The position numbers were made by a program, and so were the translations under genes. The notes under the pieces were generated by a model. The model saw only the letters and a list, made by a program, of their open reading frames with translations, did not search any database and had not been told where the DNA came from. DNA of 64,000 nucleotides from Gordius albopunctatus. Taxonomy: Eukaryota. The stretch spans positions 2,170,001 to 2,234,000 of the forward strand of contig OZ193910.1 in assembly GCA_964276515.1 (NCBI GenBank), in the 5' to 3' direction. Every line of letters begins with the position of its first letter. Within the stretch, counting starts at the first letter, position 1. Shown here piece after piece: positions 24,750 through 37,101 of this stretch.

Positions 24750-25110
24750 ACCGTCGTCTTAACAATCATCTCGCGGCATAAACGCTTTTTGGAATTTTAC
24801 TGCAAAGAATAAATTTTCCAAATCCAACAGCTCCACCGACCTCATCTCTTCTATGGAAAGAATTAAAGTGGAAAAATACAAATACCGCAAGAATTTCAAT
24901 TTTGGCACAGTAGTGACCACAACTCTTGGTCATTTAGGTCCCTGACTTAGCCAATTCCTTAAACAAATATCAAAATCTATTATCTCAATTACAGATGACC
25001 CTAAAGAATTTTTATGTATTGAGCAAAGAATTACCATGGAAATTGTAAAATGCAATACAACCTTAATCCATGGCTCCATGTCTGCTCATTATTTGAAAAT
25101 AAACTAAGTA
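24750..25110 (+). mobile_element. CRE-type RLE C-terminal fragment, divergent subfamily
   Basis: Reads FWNFT...ERIKVEKY...FGTVVTTTLGHLGP*LSQFLKQI...TDDP...QRITMEIVKCN, matching the RLE tail pattern of the 31640 ORF. Confidence 0.65.
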
Positions 25111-26576
25111 CATTGATGATCAAATCATCTTGTATATATTCTTTTTATAATTTTAATTTGCAAAATGGACTCGAAATTTAAAATTAACACCGTTTTAATA
25201 TTTTGTCATTGTTTTTTGTATACATATTCCATTCAAATAGTACCAGTTGATATTAAGATTTAAAGAATAAATAGCCTTTTATTATGTCTCAGTCCCCATA
25301 TAATTAGCGAACTAGCATTCAAAACTCATGTATACTAACTACTTTTTAATTTATATTTATAGACATGTGGAAATAATATAAATCATTATATTTGGAAAAA
25401 CTGAATATTATTAACTTTATCTCCTTTTATATATAATAATTTATAGAAATTTTAATTTTTCAAAATATTAGAAAGAAGAAAAGCTCGCTTGAGACCCGAA
25501 ATTATTAAGGATCTATTTTTTACATAATAATGTTCATCTATATTTTCAGTCAATGCCTAAGCTTTATAGCCTCAAAATTGGAATTTTTTGCACCTTCAAC
25601 CTGGTTTATCTAAAAAAATAGGCAGTTTTGGGGAAAAACGAAAAACATATTATTATTCAGCGAAAAGTTCTCTATCAGAATTATTGGTTTGATTGCGGAA
25701 TGGAAACACAAAGTCAATAATTTATTATATTTTTAAAATATATATTTTTTATAATTCAATATTAAAAAAAAATGGAATTTTTGTATAAAGCCAGCTTCGG
25801 GCTTTGTAAAAACTAGCGGGCTGGTCCCTGATTTATTATTTTAACTGATGTAAGCTCAGCCCGAGCGTTTAACTTTTTGCTATGGGCAGGTTTTGATTAA
25901 TCTAAACAAGCTGGTGGCAAGTCCCCACATAAAACCTACAAAAAGGATATTTTTAAGGTTTAGTAGAATATAGCGAAGGAGTTACAGCAAATATTAACAA
26001 CTAAAAAATGGTTTTATTAAAATGTAGATTCGGTTAAAGTAAGCTACCGTTTAAAACTAAAAGTGTAAGCTTTAAATCGCCTCTGAGTCTCTCATGGGCG
26101 TTAGGGAGGGGCTAAATGATCATATTTTAAGAAATTTTGCCCATAATTTTAATAAATTTCAACACGTTTTTGGATTTAGAGGTGAGGAACCGTCCCCCTC
26201 CCGCCTGGCTACGTCCATTGAATCTCTTATTTTAAACATATTTTCCGTGGCGAAGCCAACAAAGGAGATGACTCTATAAACATGTTAGCATATTAAGCTA
26301 GAAAATTATTATAAAAGTATTGGGTTTGCTTCCTATCAATGGTTGACATTTATTTACATTTAACATTTTGATGTCTCCTTTTTTTAAATTAAATATCAAG
26401 TATTTTAATCAAAATAAGATTTCTTTACCAAATATTAATTATGATGGATAGTTAATAGCAAAAAATTAAAACCGGGATCTCGCTGTCAAAATCGAGTGTC
26501 TTGCACGTATATTATACTAGTACAATTTATCTAAAGAGAACATATGAATTTTAATTACAAAATCTTATCATTCAAT

Positions 26577-26721
26577 CATAGGCATAGCCTGCATTGGGAT
26601 TAGAGGGGGGGCAATAATGATTCAATGAGGGGCAAAATGATCATTTTAAGAAATTTTGGCCATAATTTTAATAAATTTAAGGATTTAGAGGGGGGCAGCC
26701 ACCCCCCTGCCTACGCCCATG
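26577..26721. mobile_element. G/C-tract MITE, complete copy
   Basis: CATAGGCATAG...CTACGCCCATG with perfect TSD CATTCAAT. Confidence 0.9.
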
Positions 26722-27179
26722 CATTCAATACATATAAGCTCTTTATGTATACAATGATAATATAGTGAACATTTCTTAACTAAATATCATACCGTTAATA
26801 TGGAATAATTTTTTCGAGTTATAAGTTAGGCACCTCCATTTTAAAATATATAGTTAAGATCTCGCTTGTTTGCTTAAAAACCTACATTGATTTACCATTA
26901 TATTTAGATCTCACACAAATCACTCATGAGCGCTGCCCCTCTAAATGCAAAAATTTATTAGAATTATGGCTAAAATCTCATAAGATGATCTTTTTACCCC
27001 TCTCTAAATTAATATTGCACCCCCCTCTAATCCCAATGCTGGCTAAACCCATGAAATCAGCCATAAGCAGGAGGTGGAATTTAAGAGGAATAGGATTATT
27101 TGGAAGTGTGATTTAGTTTTTGGTATTAAAATTATTTAAAATTTCTATAATTATTTTATTTAAATTATTCGATTTTGAA

Positions 27180-27792
27180 AGTACCCAAAAGTAGACAGAT
27201 TTAATTACCTCGGCTCTATGCTACATCAAGAGGGAGGTTGCGCAACTGAAATCAATGCCCGGATTCAAAAAGGATGGCTTAAATGGCGAAGTATATCCGG
27301 TGTAATGTGCGACAAGAAAATGCCAATATGGTTAAAGAGCAAAGCTTACAAATCCATCGTAAGACCGGTGTTACTCTATGGAAGTGAAACATGGGCATTA
27401 AACACCACGGAAGGAAAGCTATTACAAGCCACGGAGATGAGAATGATACGGTGGAGCTTGGGGTATACTAAGCTCGACCATATGACGAATGACTTTCTCA
27501 TGACAAAAATGGGTATTCAACCTATGGCGGACATGATTAACGAAAATCGGCTAAGGTGGTATGGGCATATACTAAGAAGGGACCCGGATGACGTAAATCG
27601 AAAAGTGCTAGACATGAAAATACAGGGGAAGAGAGGAAGAGGACGACCCCGTGTCACGTGGAAAAGGCAAGTCGATAAAGTTATGTAAACTAAAAAGATT
27701 CGTCAAGACATGGCACTAACCCGGTCAAGATGGAAGAGACTCATCAAAACAAACCCCACCAATGTGGGACCACATAACTGATAAAGAAGAAG
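27180..27792 (+). mobile_element. 5'-truncated RTE LINE, second family
   Basis: FNYLGSMLHQEGG...WLKWRSISGVMCDK...RLRWYGH...RGRP; (GAA)n tail at about 27785. Confidence 0.92.
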
Positions 27793-28300
27793 TATAGGGG
27801 GAAAAAAGTTTGGTAATTTTTAAAAATAAACAAAATTATGATTTATAAACCATAATCTTGTAAAATGTTCAATATCTTTTTCCTCCAAAAGAAACTTTTA
27901 TTTTATTATATACAATTGGCTCTTATTAGCCAAATTAAATTTATTTTTCTTGCACCATTAGGAAATAAACCTAAATTTGTAATTTTCTACTTTCTTAGGG
28001 TGACACCTGTGTTTAATATGAACAAATGTCAAGCTACTATTTTTTTACAGACCCAATTTTATTTGAAATGGATATGAAAACCAAAGTTACTAATATCATT
28101 TTCTGTTAAATGCACATTATAAAAATGGAGTGATAATTGTAATACAATATATACTAAAAATAATCTATAAAAATATTTGAGAAATAAATATTAGTTGTGG
28201 GGGCAAAATTGTATTTAATACAAAAAACTAAATGCTACAAATGTGTAAAAATATATGTATCAAATAATAAATTTAAACATACAAATGAGAAAAAAGGAAG

Positions 28301-29218
28301 CTAAGATTTTTCATAGTTGGCATTGAGATTTAGCATTTCATGATGACCATTACTAGTTGGCAAAGGTTTTTGCCAAAATATTTTCTTTAGTAAAGATATT
28401 ATTGTAAACAAGTCTACAAAGATGTATAGTACATTTTTAATGATATAAGTAGTGACATTTGTATCAAGAGTTGTCCATAGTAAAATTCTCAGAACAAGAT
28501 ATGGGATATTGAGCAAAAATAAATTACACATTTTGTGGAGTAGATCAATTGTGTTAAGACATTTGGGATTAAATCCAAACTTATTTTTGTGCAAAAATAA
28601 ATTTATATACAATAGGCTATATAATGGAAGTACAAAATTAAGACAACCTAAGACTATTAAAGCATTGTGGTATGAAAATGGCAGTATAATGTGAGTTTCT
28701 TCAATAAATAATATTTCTAATATATCAATACTGTCAAATATATTGAATGGTACAGAATGTAATATGGATTTGGTTTTAGCATTATATTCATGATTTCTAG
28801 AATTTAAATCTTTTAATATTAGGAGCATGAATACAATGGTAGATAAGGATATAGTCAATTTCAGCAGTATGGTCCCAAAATAATGGTAAGCCCTCAGTCT
28901 GAACACAACGTATTTAAAGACAATACTTATTCTAATTATTAAGAAAAGTGTGTAAAAAAACCAAAATGATACATCCCAATAAAAAAATAACGCAAAATAT
29001 GCCTTTTTATCATATAAAAAAGGAAGAATCAATTTTTTAGCAAAATACCAAAAAATAGATATAGAGAAAATAAATAAGACATCACAAACAATTGAATAGT
29101 AGAATAAATTGTTCTTGTATTTGTAAATATAAATATCCAATATAACTCCCTGAATTATAGCTATAAGCAATGCCCCAAAAAATGAACTAGCAACTTTACA
29201 TGAAGTTATTTTTGTCAT
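28301..29218 (-). CDS. TMEM121: TMEM121/CECR6-family multi-pass membrane protein, intronless CDS
   Basis: 305-aa ORF with several hydrophobic helices and family-like motifs QGVILDIY, LLKLTISLS, FDSIDILEILF, NFVLP, NIPYLVLR..W...KN. Confidence 0.75.
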   Translation of the reverse strand: MTKITSCKVASSFFGALLIAIIQGVILDIYIYKYKNNLFYYSIVCDVLFIFSISIFWYFAKKLILPFLYDKKAYFALFFYWDVSFWFFYTLFLIIRISIVFKYVVFRLRAYHYFGTILLKLTISLSTIVFMLLILKDLNSRNHEYNAKTKSILHSVPFNIFDSIDILEILFIEETHIILPFSYHNALIVLGCLNFVLPLYSLLYINLFLHKNKFGFNPKCLNTIDLLHKMCNLFLLNIPYLVLRILLWTTLDTNVTTYIIKNVLYIFVDLFTIISLLKKIFWQKPLPTSNGHHEMLNLNANYEKS

Positions 29219-29478
29219 GGATAATAAAAGAAATGTACAAATCCAGATCAGGCGATATGCACCTTAAAATAATGGTCAGCTAAGTACATTACACGCATGA
29301 TTTAATATTAAAAAACAAATATTTTATTTCAAAATAAAAAATAAAAATTAGCAGAAATTAAATAAAGTATGGCTCCATATTATATTTGATATCAATAAAT
29401 AAAGTAAATAGTGTATTAAAGTTTGCTGTCCTATATATGTGCATACAGTATATGTTATAAAGAACATTCAGATATAAT

Positions 29479-30100
29479 TAGAGCCCTGCAAAATAAAATT
29501 TCTTCTGCCCGAGCCCAGCTATAGCCCAACTTTTCAATTTTTATTTTGCCCAAGCCCGGTCAGAGCCCGAAAGATTTTTTTATTTTCGGCCCGACCCGAG
29601 CTAGACCCGAGCCCGACGCGATTCTTCAAATAAAATTTTTAAAATTTATTTTTCACATTTTTTTAACCATCTGCATATAAAATGCATTAGATTGTTATTA
29701 CTCGTAATTTACAACTAGGATGTTTGAAATAAAAAATCTATTTTCACTCGTTACAATTTATTCAGTGTATCAATTAAAGCTAAAAATTTAACTTTATGAA
29801 ATATATTTTTAACAGTTCCAAGTAAAAAAACTTTTTGAAATATTTAATTATCTTATTTCTAAAGTTATAGCTACCATGAATCTATTTAAATACTAAGATT
29901 TGCAATTCAAGTTAGTTATATTATAATAGACATGGAAAAAAGCTAAAGTTTGAGAGCTATATAATGTACTCTGTACGAAGATATTGAATTTTTAAATCCT
30001 ATTTTATAAAAGATTAATTTACTTTAGTACAATTCTGGCCGTGATTATTTTATAAAATTCTGGCCGAGCCCGGTCCGAAACACGATCGGGCAGGGTCGGT
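29479..30100. mobile_element. hAT-like MITE with GCCCGA arrays
   Basis: TAGAGCCCTGCA start and repeated GCCCGA/CCCGAG at both ends; right boundary uncertain. Confidence 0.55.
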
Positions 30101-31599
30101 AGATATAATAAAGGAATCAAATATAATTGTTTAAAAACTTGCAATAAAAAATAATAAAAATTGCCAAATCTGTAGTAAATTACTGTGATTATTTATTAAG
30201 AAAAATATAGATAAATAAATATATATATAAGTTTGATGTAAAAGGTAGTATAATTATGTAAACATTGGATATTAAGATTAGTGTCAAAATTTTAAATATA
30301 CCTTTATATCTGATATTTCAAACATTAAATAATTGGTGACAACTTAACTAGTAAGTGGGATATATCAGTCTATGTTTAGAATAATCTTATTACCTTGATG
30401 ACATATTTATAAGTTTTAACGAAAATTAAATTATGTTAAATTAAAGTTAGATTCTATTATTATATAGGTATTAACCTTAAATTATGTATAAAAAGTTTTC
30501 ATGGCTTTATTAAGATAATTTATATTATATTGAGAAATACAATATATATGGAGAATTGAAATTGTTAAATATCTGTGGTATACGTGTATACCACGTTTTA
30601 ATGTTCGCTGTATACTTTGATCTTACTTAGATCTTTTTTATTAATTGTAACGTAAAAGGGTTAAAGAAGGTTCTGCAATCCTTCTAATTAAAAAAAGGAA
30701 TTGTTCAAAGAAAGGCATTTTTACCGCGAGTTAACCTAGACGCGGAAGTGGCTAAGTTTCTTTGATGCTCTTTTTTTTAATTACTTTTTGTTTTTAACTT
30801 AGCAACATCTGCTATTCATCGCGCAGCCCCGTCTGAAGATTTCCAGCCCACCACCCAGGAGAGATTCAACGGCTTTAAATACGAAATCTTGCACCAAGAT
30901 TTTAATCTTTGTAAATTTTCTCCAATCTTTGTACCTTTTTCTAAAACCCTTTGTGATTGTCCTCAATACCTAGGTTTTCCCCAATTATTGTATTTTTCCC
31001 AAATATTATACTTTTTCCCTTCGCAAATCATTTTAATTGTAAAATCCCCTTTTATTGTTGTAAATAATTATTCGTATAAATTATTATTTCTATAGTTATT
31101 CGTATTAATTAATAGAGTAAATTTGAGTTTTCCTTGGTAAAGATTTTTTACTTACATCGCCCCCCCCCCCTTCGCCGGCTATATCACTTACCCATTATAA
31201 AACTCTTTAAAATAGATCTAAACTATGGCTTGTCTTCATCATTAAATATTTAGAAAAAATTAAAATGTAAGTGCGTATGTTAGTTTATATTTTAACCTTG
31301 TTAAATAATTTATAGTTTGTATTGTAGTAACCATCAACCAAAAAAAAATTTAAGCACCTTTTTTAATTTCAGCACTTATTTTGTTTTATTCTATAAGTAT
31401 ATTAGCATCAGAAGTTTGCCAAAGAATATTGTTTAATCCCTTATTATAATTTTTATATCAAGTTCGTATTAACGCTGATAATCAAAAAAAATTTTTTACA
31501 TAGGCATTAAAAGTTTATTTGTTAAAAATCCATTGACAGTAATATAATATAAATACATGAAATATAAAAAACAAAATGCGTCAAATAAAATAATACACT

Positions 31600-33250
31600 A
31601 TTCTGATATATCATCATCGAGGGGATCTTCCAAAATTGGTCAAGAATCCGCGAACGATTTAAAATTGTACTTGGCTATAAGAATACCAAGTCTTTGTTTA
31701 AGTAAAAAGGATACCAAATGTTTAAACGGGGGAGAACGTCTTCCTACCTCTTTAAAAAAAGTTAAGGCCTGTTTGCCAAAGGTGCCTGAAAACGAAGCCC
31801 CCAATGGAATAAAAATGTTTGAGGATAATAGGGATTTGTATTTATTTGTTTTCCGCCCTTCTGAAACAGCTAAGCAATCATTGTTGTAGTTAGAAGGGGC
31901 AAATAGGTCAATACATGTGAAGTCCCATTTAAGGTGAAGACCATTGCTCCATGGGACTAAAGAAGATCCATCAGGACGCATACGTCCTTTCAAGGAGGGG
32001 TCGGATGGCTCCAAGATGGATGGAATCTTTGCTCTCTTCAGAGCACTTTGAATTAAGGCATTGGCCTTATTTTGTCTAACATATTGGAATTTGTTTGCCA
32101 GGCAGTGTAAGGGATGCCTGGCTTGTTCTTCTACGAGTATGCTGCAATTTTGGCAAATAAATGGCTTCGAAAATTTCACCCCTAACCTGAGAGCTATTGA
32201 GTACGAAAGTTCCGAGTCCTCCGGCATCATCCCGGTGAGACAGCTTGGGTAGGCCTCTAGCCATTCGTGACCTGAGCCATCAAACAAATACGACCTTAAA
32301 TTAGAACACTGACTCGCATCGCTACTCGAAATTAGATAATCAACGGAGCGCAACACAAGTCCGGCATCCCAATCTCTTTGTCGTGAGGTTTGTGGCAAAG
32401 GTGTTCCGGGATTGGTAATGTTTTCCAAAATAGCTAAAGCAATGGGTAAAAGCGGGTCTTCTTTAACCGGATACAACTTAAAAATGGTATCTTGTCCGGA
32501 TTTATAAGATGAAATAAAAGAGACTAGAGATATTGAGGCAGGTGAGCGAATCCCTAAACCACCCGATTTGGTTGGTAGGGAAGCTTGTAACCAGCTATGA
32601 GTATTGAATTTTATATTTAAAATAGATTGTAAAATAAATTTAATATTCTGTTCGAAGAGGTTTAAAATTTCCGAGTGTAAAAAAGCGCTTGTAGAGCGAA
32701 AACAGTGCCGAATTTTTAAAAAATTAAAATAGTTTTTCATTATGTAAAAAGCATGGTGTGAAGGCAGGCACTTTAAGAGATCTAATTTTTAGTTTAAAAT
32801 AGAGAGATTTTTCTCCAGATCAGTTGCGAGTCTTACTCTACCGCCTATAGGCGATCCAAGATGGCACATAGCGTCTTTCTCGATTGCTAAAAAAGGGGTA
32901 ATATGTGGGGATATAATGAGTAGTCAGGGGTTGAAAGATCTCGCATTTGGTCTCATTTAGTTATAGTTTTAAAATTGGTTCGAAATCTTTTATAATTTTG
33001 ATAGCTTTGAAAACTTTGCGAGGATGACCACAAAGGGTGGCATCGTCCAAGTACCAAATATTTAATGTTAGGTCGCATTTAAATTTTGGATACCTGAGCA
33101 AAATAATGGCAGACCCAATGGATCACCCTGTTGGATACCTTCAGATAAATTTATTTTAAAATCCCCAAATCTTAAAAAGGATGTTGAGCCATAACTAAAA
33201 AGATGTAGTTATGGAACTCTGGAAAATTCTCGAGAAAATTTTCAATCGCC
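31600..33250 (-). mobile_element. 5'-truncated CRE-type non-LTR retrotransposon (RT remnant, CCHC finger, restriction-like endonuclease)
   Basis: Broken RT motifs GIQQGDP (about 33120-33139) and WYLDDA (about 33040-33056); open ORF 31640-32740 with SGGLGIR, CxxC..H..C, RPDG and WDFTCID. Confidence 0.85.
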
Positions 33251-33348
33251 TCTTGTTTTTATATTTGCACATCTGGCTAGTTTTAATCGCCCCCTTCTAC
33301 CGGAACTTTTCATTCACATACACAAAAAATATTATTGGTTAGTTGAAT

Positions 33349-33790
33349 CAGAGACCAGATTGCCCGGCCCGCTGCCCAAATAGGCGGGCCGGGCCGGGCA
33401 ACTGTCCTAAAATTTTATTTTCGGTCGGCCCCGGGCGGGCACGAAGATAGAATTCGGGCAATTCGCGCTTAATGATATTTTTTAGATAGTGTATTATTTT
33501 GTTACTTTTTATTTGATTGCATATGAAAATGCTAAAAAAGTTAAGAAAATTTATCCCGCCATCCGTCCCCAAGTTATTTCTACAATTTTTGCCCGGACCC
33601 CTCTATTTCCATCAAGTACCTAGCTAGGTTTAGGGAAAGGATTGAAATAGTTTTATTTATGTAGCCTTTCATTGTTCGTAATTCACATGTGTGCCGTCTA
33701 GATACAGTACAAAATCGTCACGCCCAAATTGATACAATGCATGCAAGTGTTAAATTTTATTCGATTATCATTTAATTTATTTAACAAATG
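33349..33790. mobile_element. One end of a hAT element related to 19269-20634
   Basis: CAGAGACCAG start, GCCCG arrays; CACATGTGTGCCGTCTAGA is shared in reverse complement with about 19943-19961. Confidence 0.6.
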
Positions 33791-34399
33791 GTTTAACAAA
33801 GCTTCTCCAATTCGCCTTTATTGTTCCCTAATTACTCGTCGCACTTGCTAAGTTACTACTTACACTTATAATGATAAATTTCTATACCTTCTGATTTTTG
33901 CTTTAAATTAAAAAAATTATCCCTAAATTGCATTTAAATTATATTGATAAATTATTATTTTTTTTATAAAGAAAGTAAGTTTTAACGGAGCACAGATTCA
34001 CTAAATGAACTAATTTTATTCATTAAGAGTTTATTTATATGGCAGGGCACACGAGTTAACTCAAAAGGGGAGTATAATTTTGTTTATTGTAAGATTATTT
34101 ATTAAATATGTATACTTCAAACTTAATAAAAAGAATTGCTATATGAATATTTTCATGGACATCGGCTGCCTTCAAATAATATTATGCTATTATATGATTT
34201 TTAAACATTACATATTTGTACCTAAATGCATTAGCAATTAACTTATTAAAATATTGGGACCTAGAGCGGTTTAGCCAGTGCTATCTGGCCAAAATTGTTA
34301 GAAAGATCAAATACTAACTTTTTTGACCTATTAGATTTAAAATTAAAGATTAAAAGTTTTATTTAAAAAAATCATTCGACTTTTAAATAATAAAGAAAA

Positions 34400-35399
34400 C
34401 TAGATGAACCCGGCAAATGTTGTTTTGCCATTTACCCGGGTGTATTAAATTATGTTGGAATTTTAGGGCATATATGATGATAAGGCGGTTATTGAAGTAA
34501 AAATAAAGTTTGCTAATTTTTAAACAAATATTTAAAAAGGGTCGAAGACCCAGGCACACCCAAGAGAGAAAACCTGGCCCCATGCCCCCCCCCCCAAGGG
34601 AAAAATCTTTGGCCCCGTGGCCCTTCAAGGAATTTTTTTGAATTTTTGTAATTAAGAAACAATATCATAATGTCAGAAGTACTGAGATATATCAACATTT
34701 ATTGGCACTTTGTTAAAAGTATTTTCATTTTTCTCCTTATTTAAAGCGCAAAAAATGATAAAATTAGATTTTTAAATTTATTTAGCCACGCAGGAGGGGA
34801 CACGACCGTCCTATAATAATAATTGACGTGAAAAAAGCAAAAAATGGCTTTGATTTAATGTTTCAAATCGAAAAAAGGTTTCATTTTTCGCAGCACATGC
34901 CTACATTTATCACACTACACTACCTACACGCATGACGGTCTAGAAAATACTATAAGTGATGATACACTTTTACTAAAGAACTGTATATTCAAATTTTCAA
35001 AGAACACGATGAGGTTGCGTATGATTGACATTCTATTAAACGTCAAAACGTATAAAACCGGTAAATTTCCGATATTTTTAAAACTAAAAGGAATTTTAAG
35101 AATCTGAAAAAACTATTTTGCCCCTGGCCGCCCTGGGAACCTACGGGTATAGTTTCGCGCGAATCGGGCCGGTAGTTTCAGAATCAAGCTATTTTTTAAA
35201 ACTAAAAGGCCCATATTTTTAAAACTAAAAGGAATTTTAGGATTCTGAAAAAGATATTTTACCCCTGGCCGCCCTTGAAACCTACGGGTAAAGTTTCGCG
35301 CGAATTGGGCCGTTAGTTTCAGAATTTAGTCCTTACATACAAACATACATACATACATACATAAATACATACATACATACATGTAAAAGTCATAATATG
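34400..35399 (-). mobile_element. Helitron family variant with a different 5' segment
   Basis: CTAG and hairpin at 34400; body matches the other copies up to about 35055, then an imperfect about 140-bp tandem duplication and (CATA)n microsatellite; 5' end approximate. Confidence 0.8.
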
Positions 35400-35529
35400 A
35401 AGCAGCCCAATTATTATTAAAGTATCGACCGCGCCAATTTACTAATTAGGAAATCCCTTGACAAGAAAGATTTTATTATCAATTAATAACTAGAACAACA
35501 TATGTTATATCCACATATCCACAAGGAAT

Positions 35530-35609
35530 TCTTCTTTATCAGTTATTTGGTCCCACATTGGTGGGGTTTGTTTTGATGAGTCTCTTCCATCTTGAGTCTA
35601 CATTCCTTG
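35530..35609 (-). mobile_element. Extremely 5'-truncated RTE insertion (family of 27180-27792)
   Basis: 35530-35595 is the reverse complement of about 27725-27790; 13-bp TSD ATCCACAAGGAAT (35517-35529, 35610-35622). Confidence 0.88.
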
Positions 35610-36503
35610 ATCCACAAGGAATGTAGACTAAAAAATATTATATAAAACTGATATTAAAAATCACGCTATTTATTAAAATGTCCGACCTTGGTTATGTCAG
35701 CTTTATTTGCTTTAATAAAGTTAGCTATATCATGATCATCAAAAAGTAAACTTTAAATTTATTAAACCATTTTAGTTAAATTTTTTCATCGATTTCTACC
35801 ATAGAATAAGCACGCTTAGTTTGTATAGAAAAGAGATTTAAAACATGTTTAGAAATGAAGCATGCATAAATTATTTGTGCAAAATGTTTTGTAAAAATAT
35901 TAATTACAATAATTATTGATCAATTGTATTTTTTTTTATTATACTCTCGCTGGTAGTATAATACCCGCAATTTCTAAAAGAAAGGAATAATTTAAGTTTA
36001 AATAACTATGTTAAATGCTTAGAAAAATAAAATTGTTAATTACCTTTATCATCAAAGTTTGGCGTGTATTAGCATTTTACTCCTCGATTTTAGAGGTTAA
36101 GATAGTTTTAAGAAATGATTAAGAATCATATATCATCTTCTAGAAAACAGGCAGTAAGAACAGTATATTTTTGTATAAATGGTATTAGAATTAGTAGATT
36201 TTAAGTTAAAATTAAATCTCAATTATTTAAGATTATACGTTAATTTTATATGCACAAAACTGACAAGACTTCTGTTAATATCATTGAGTTTTTACATTAA
36301 TTTTGGGAGGGGTTCTAACCCAGAAACTCCCCCTTACCAACTCTACTGCTTAAGAAAAAGAAAACAAAATGTGTAAACTCACTAAAAAGATGCAGGTATA
36401 CGTTAGAATATAAAATCAGCTGAGTCCATATGGGCATTAATATTTTGAACAATAACAAAAAATAGGTCGATTTTGTTGCAAGGTTCGCCAGATATGGGAA
36501 GTT

Positions 36504-37101
36504 ATGGGAAATTGTCTTAAAATATCCAGATCAGAAAATGAAGCATTATTAATTGAAGATTCGAATTCTCCGCGTGATTCTAGTGATCATATAAATCAAA
36601 ATAATTATGATGAACAAGTTAATAAATTGTATTTTTATGATATATTTTCTTAGGTACCACCTGTAGTTTATTATCCTTCTCCTAATGTCACACGAACAGT
36701 GAATCAACTAACCGAAGAGGAACAAATAAAAATTGCCAAAAGAATAGGATTGATACAACATTTACCTAGAGGCATATATGATGATGTGTCTAAATCAGAA
36801 AAAGAGTAACAATAAAATAATACCCTATCATATTTTATTAGTCTTGAATGCATGAGTATAGATTAATATAATTTAATTGCTGGAAGTAAATCAGTACTTA
36901 ATTCTTATATTTCACATTAGATGTGTGATATGTATGGTTGAATTTGTTTCTGGTGAAGAAGTGAGATATCTACCATGCATGCATACCTATCATTCAGTAT
37001 GTATAGATGATTGGCTCATGCGATCATTTACTTGCCCCTCTTGCATGGAACCAGTAGATGCAGCTCTCTTAACTAGCTATGAATCAGGCATGCTGCCATG
37101 A
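36504..37101 (+). CDS. RNF11: RING finger protein 11 (RING-H2 E3 ligase), 3 coding exons
   Basis: MGNCLK start, QLTEEEQIKIAKRIGLIQHLP, CVICM...LPCMHTYH..CIDDWLMRSFTCPSCMEPVDAALL; introns 36618-36653 and about 36806-36920. Confidence 0.97.

Noticed and set aside
30600..31100. Possible LINE 3' remnant
   Set aside because: No diagnostic motif could be read.
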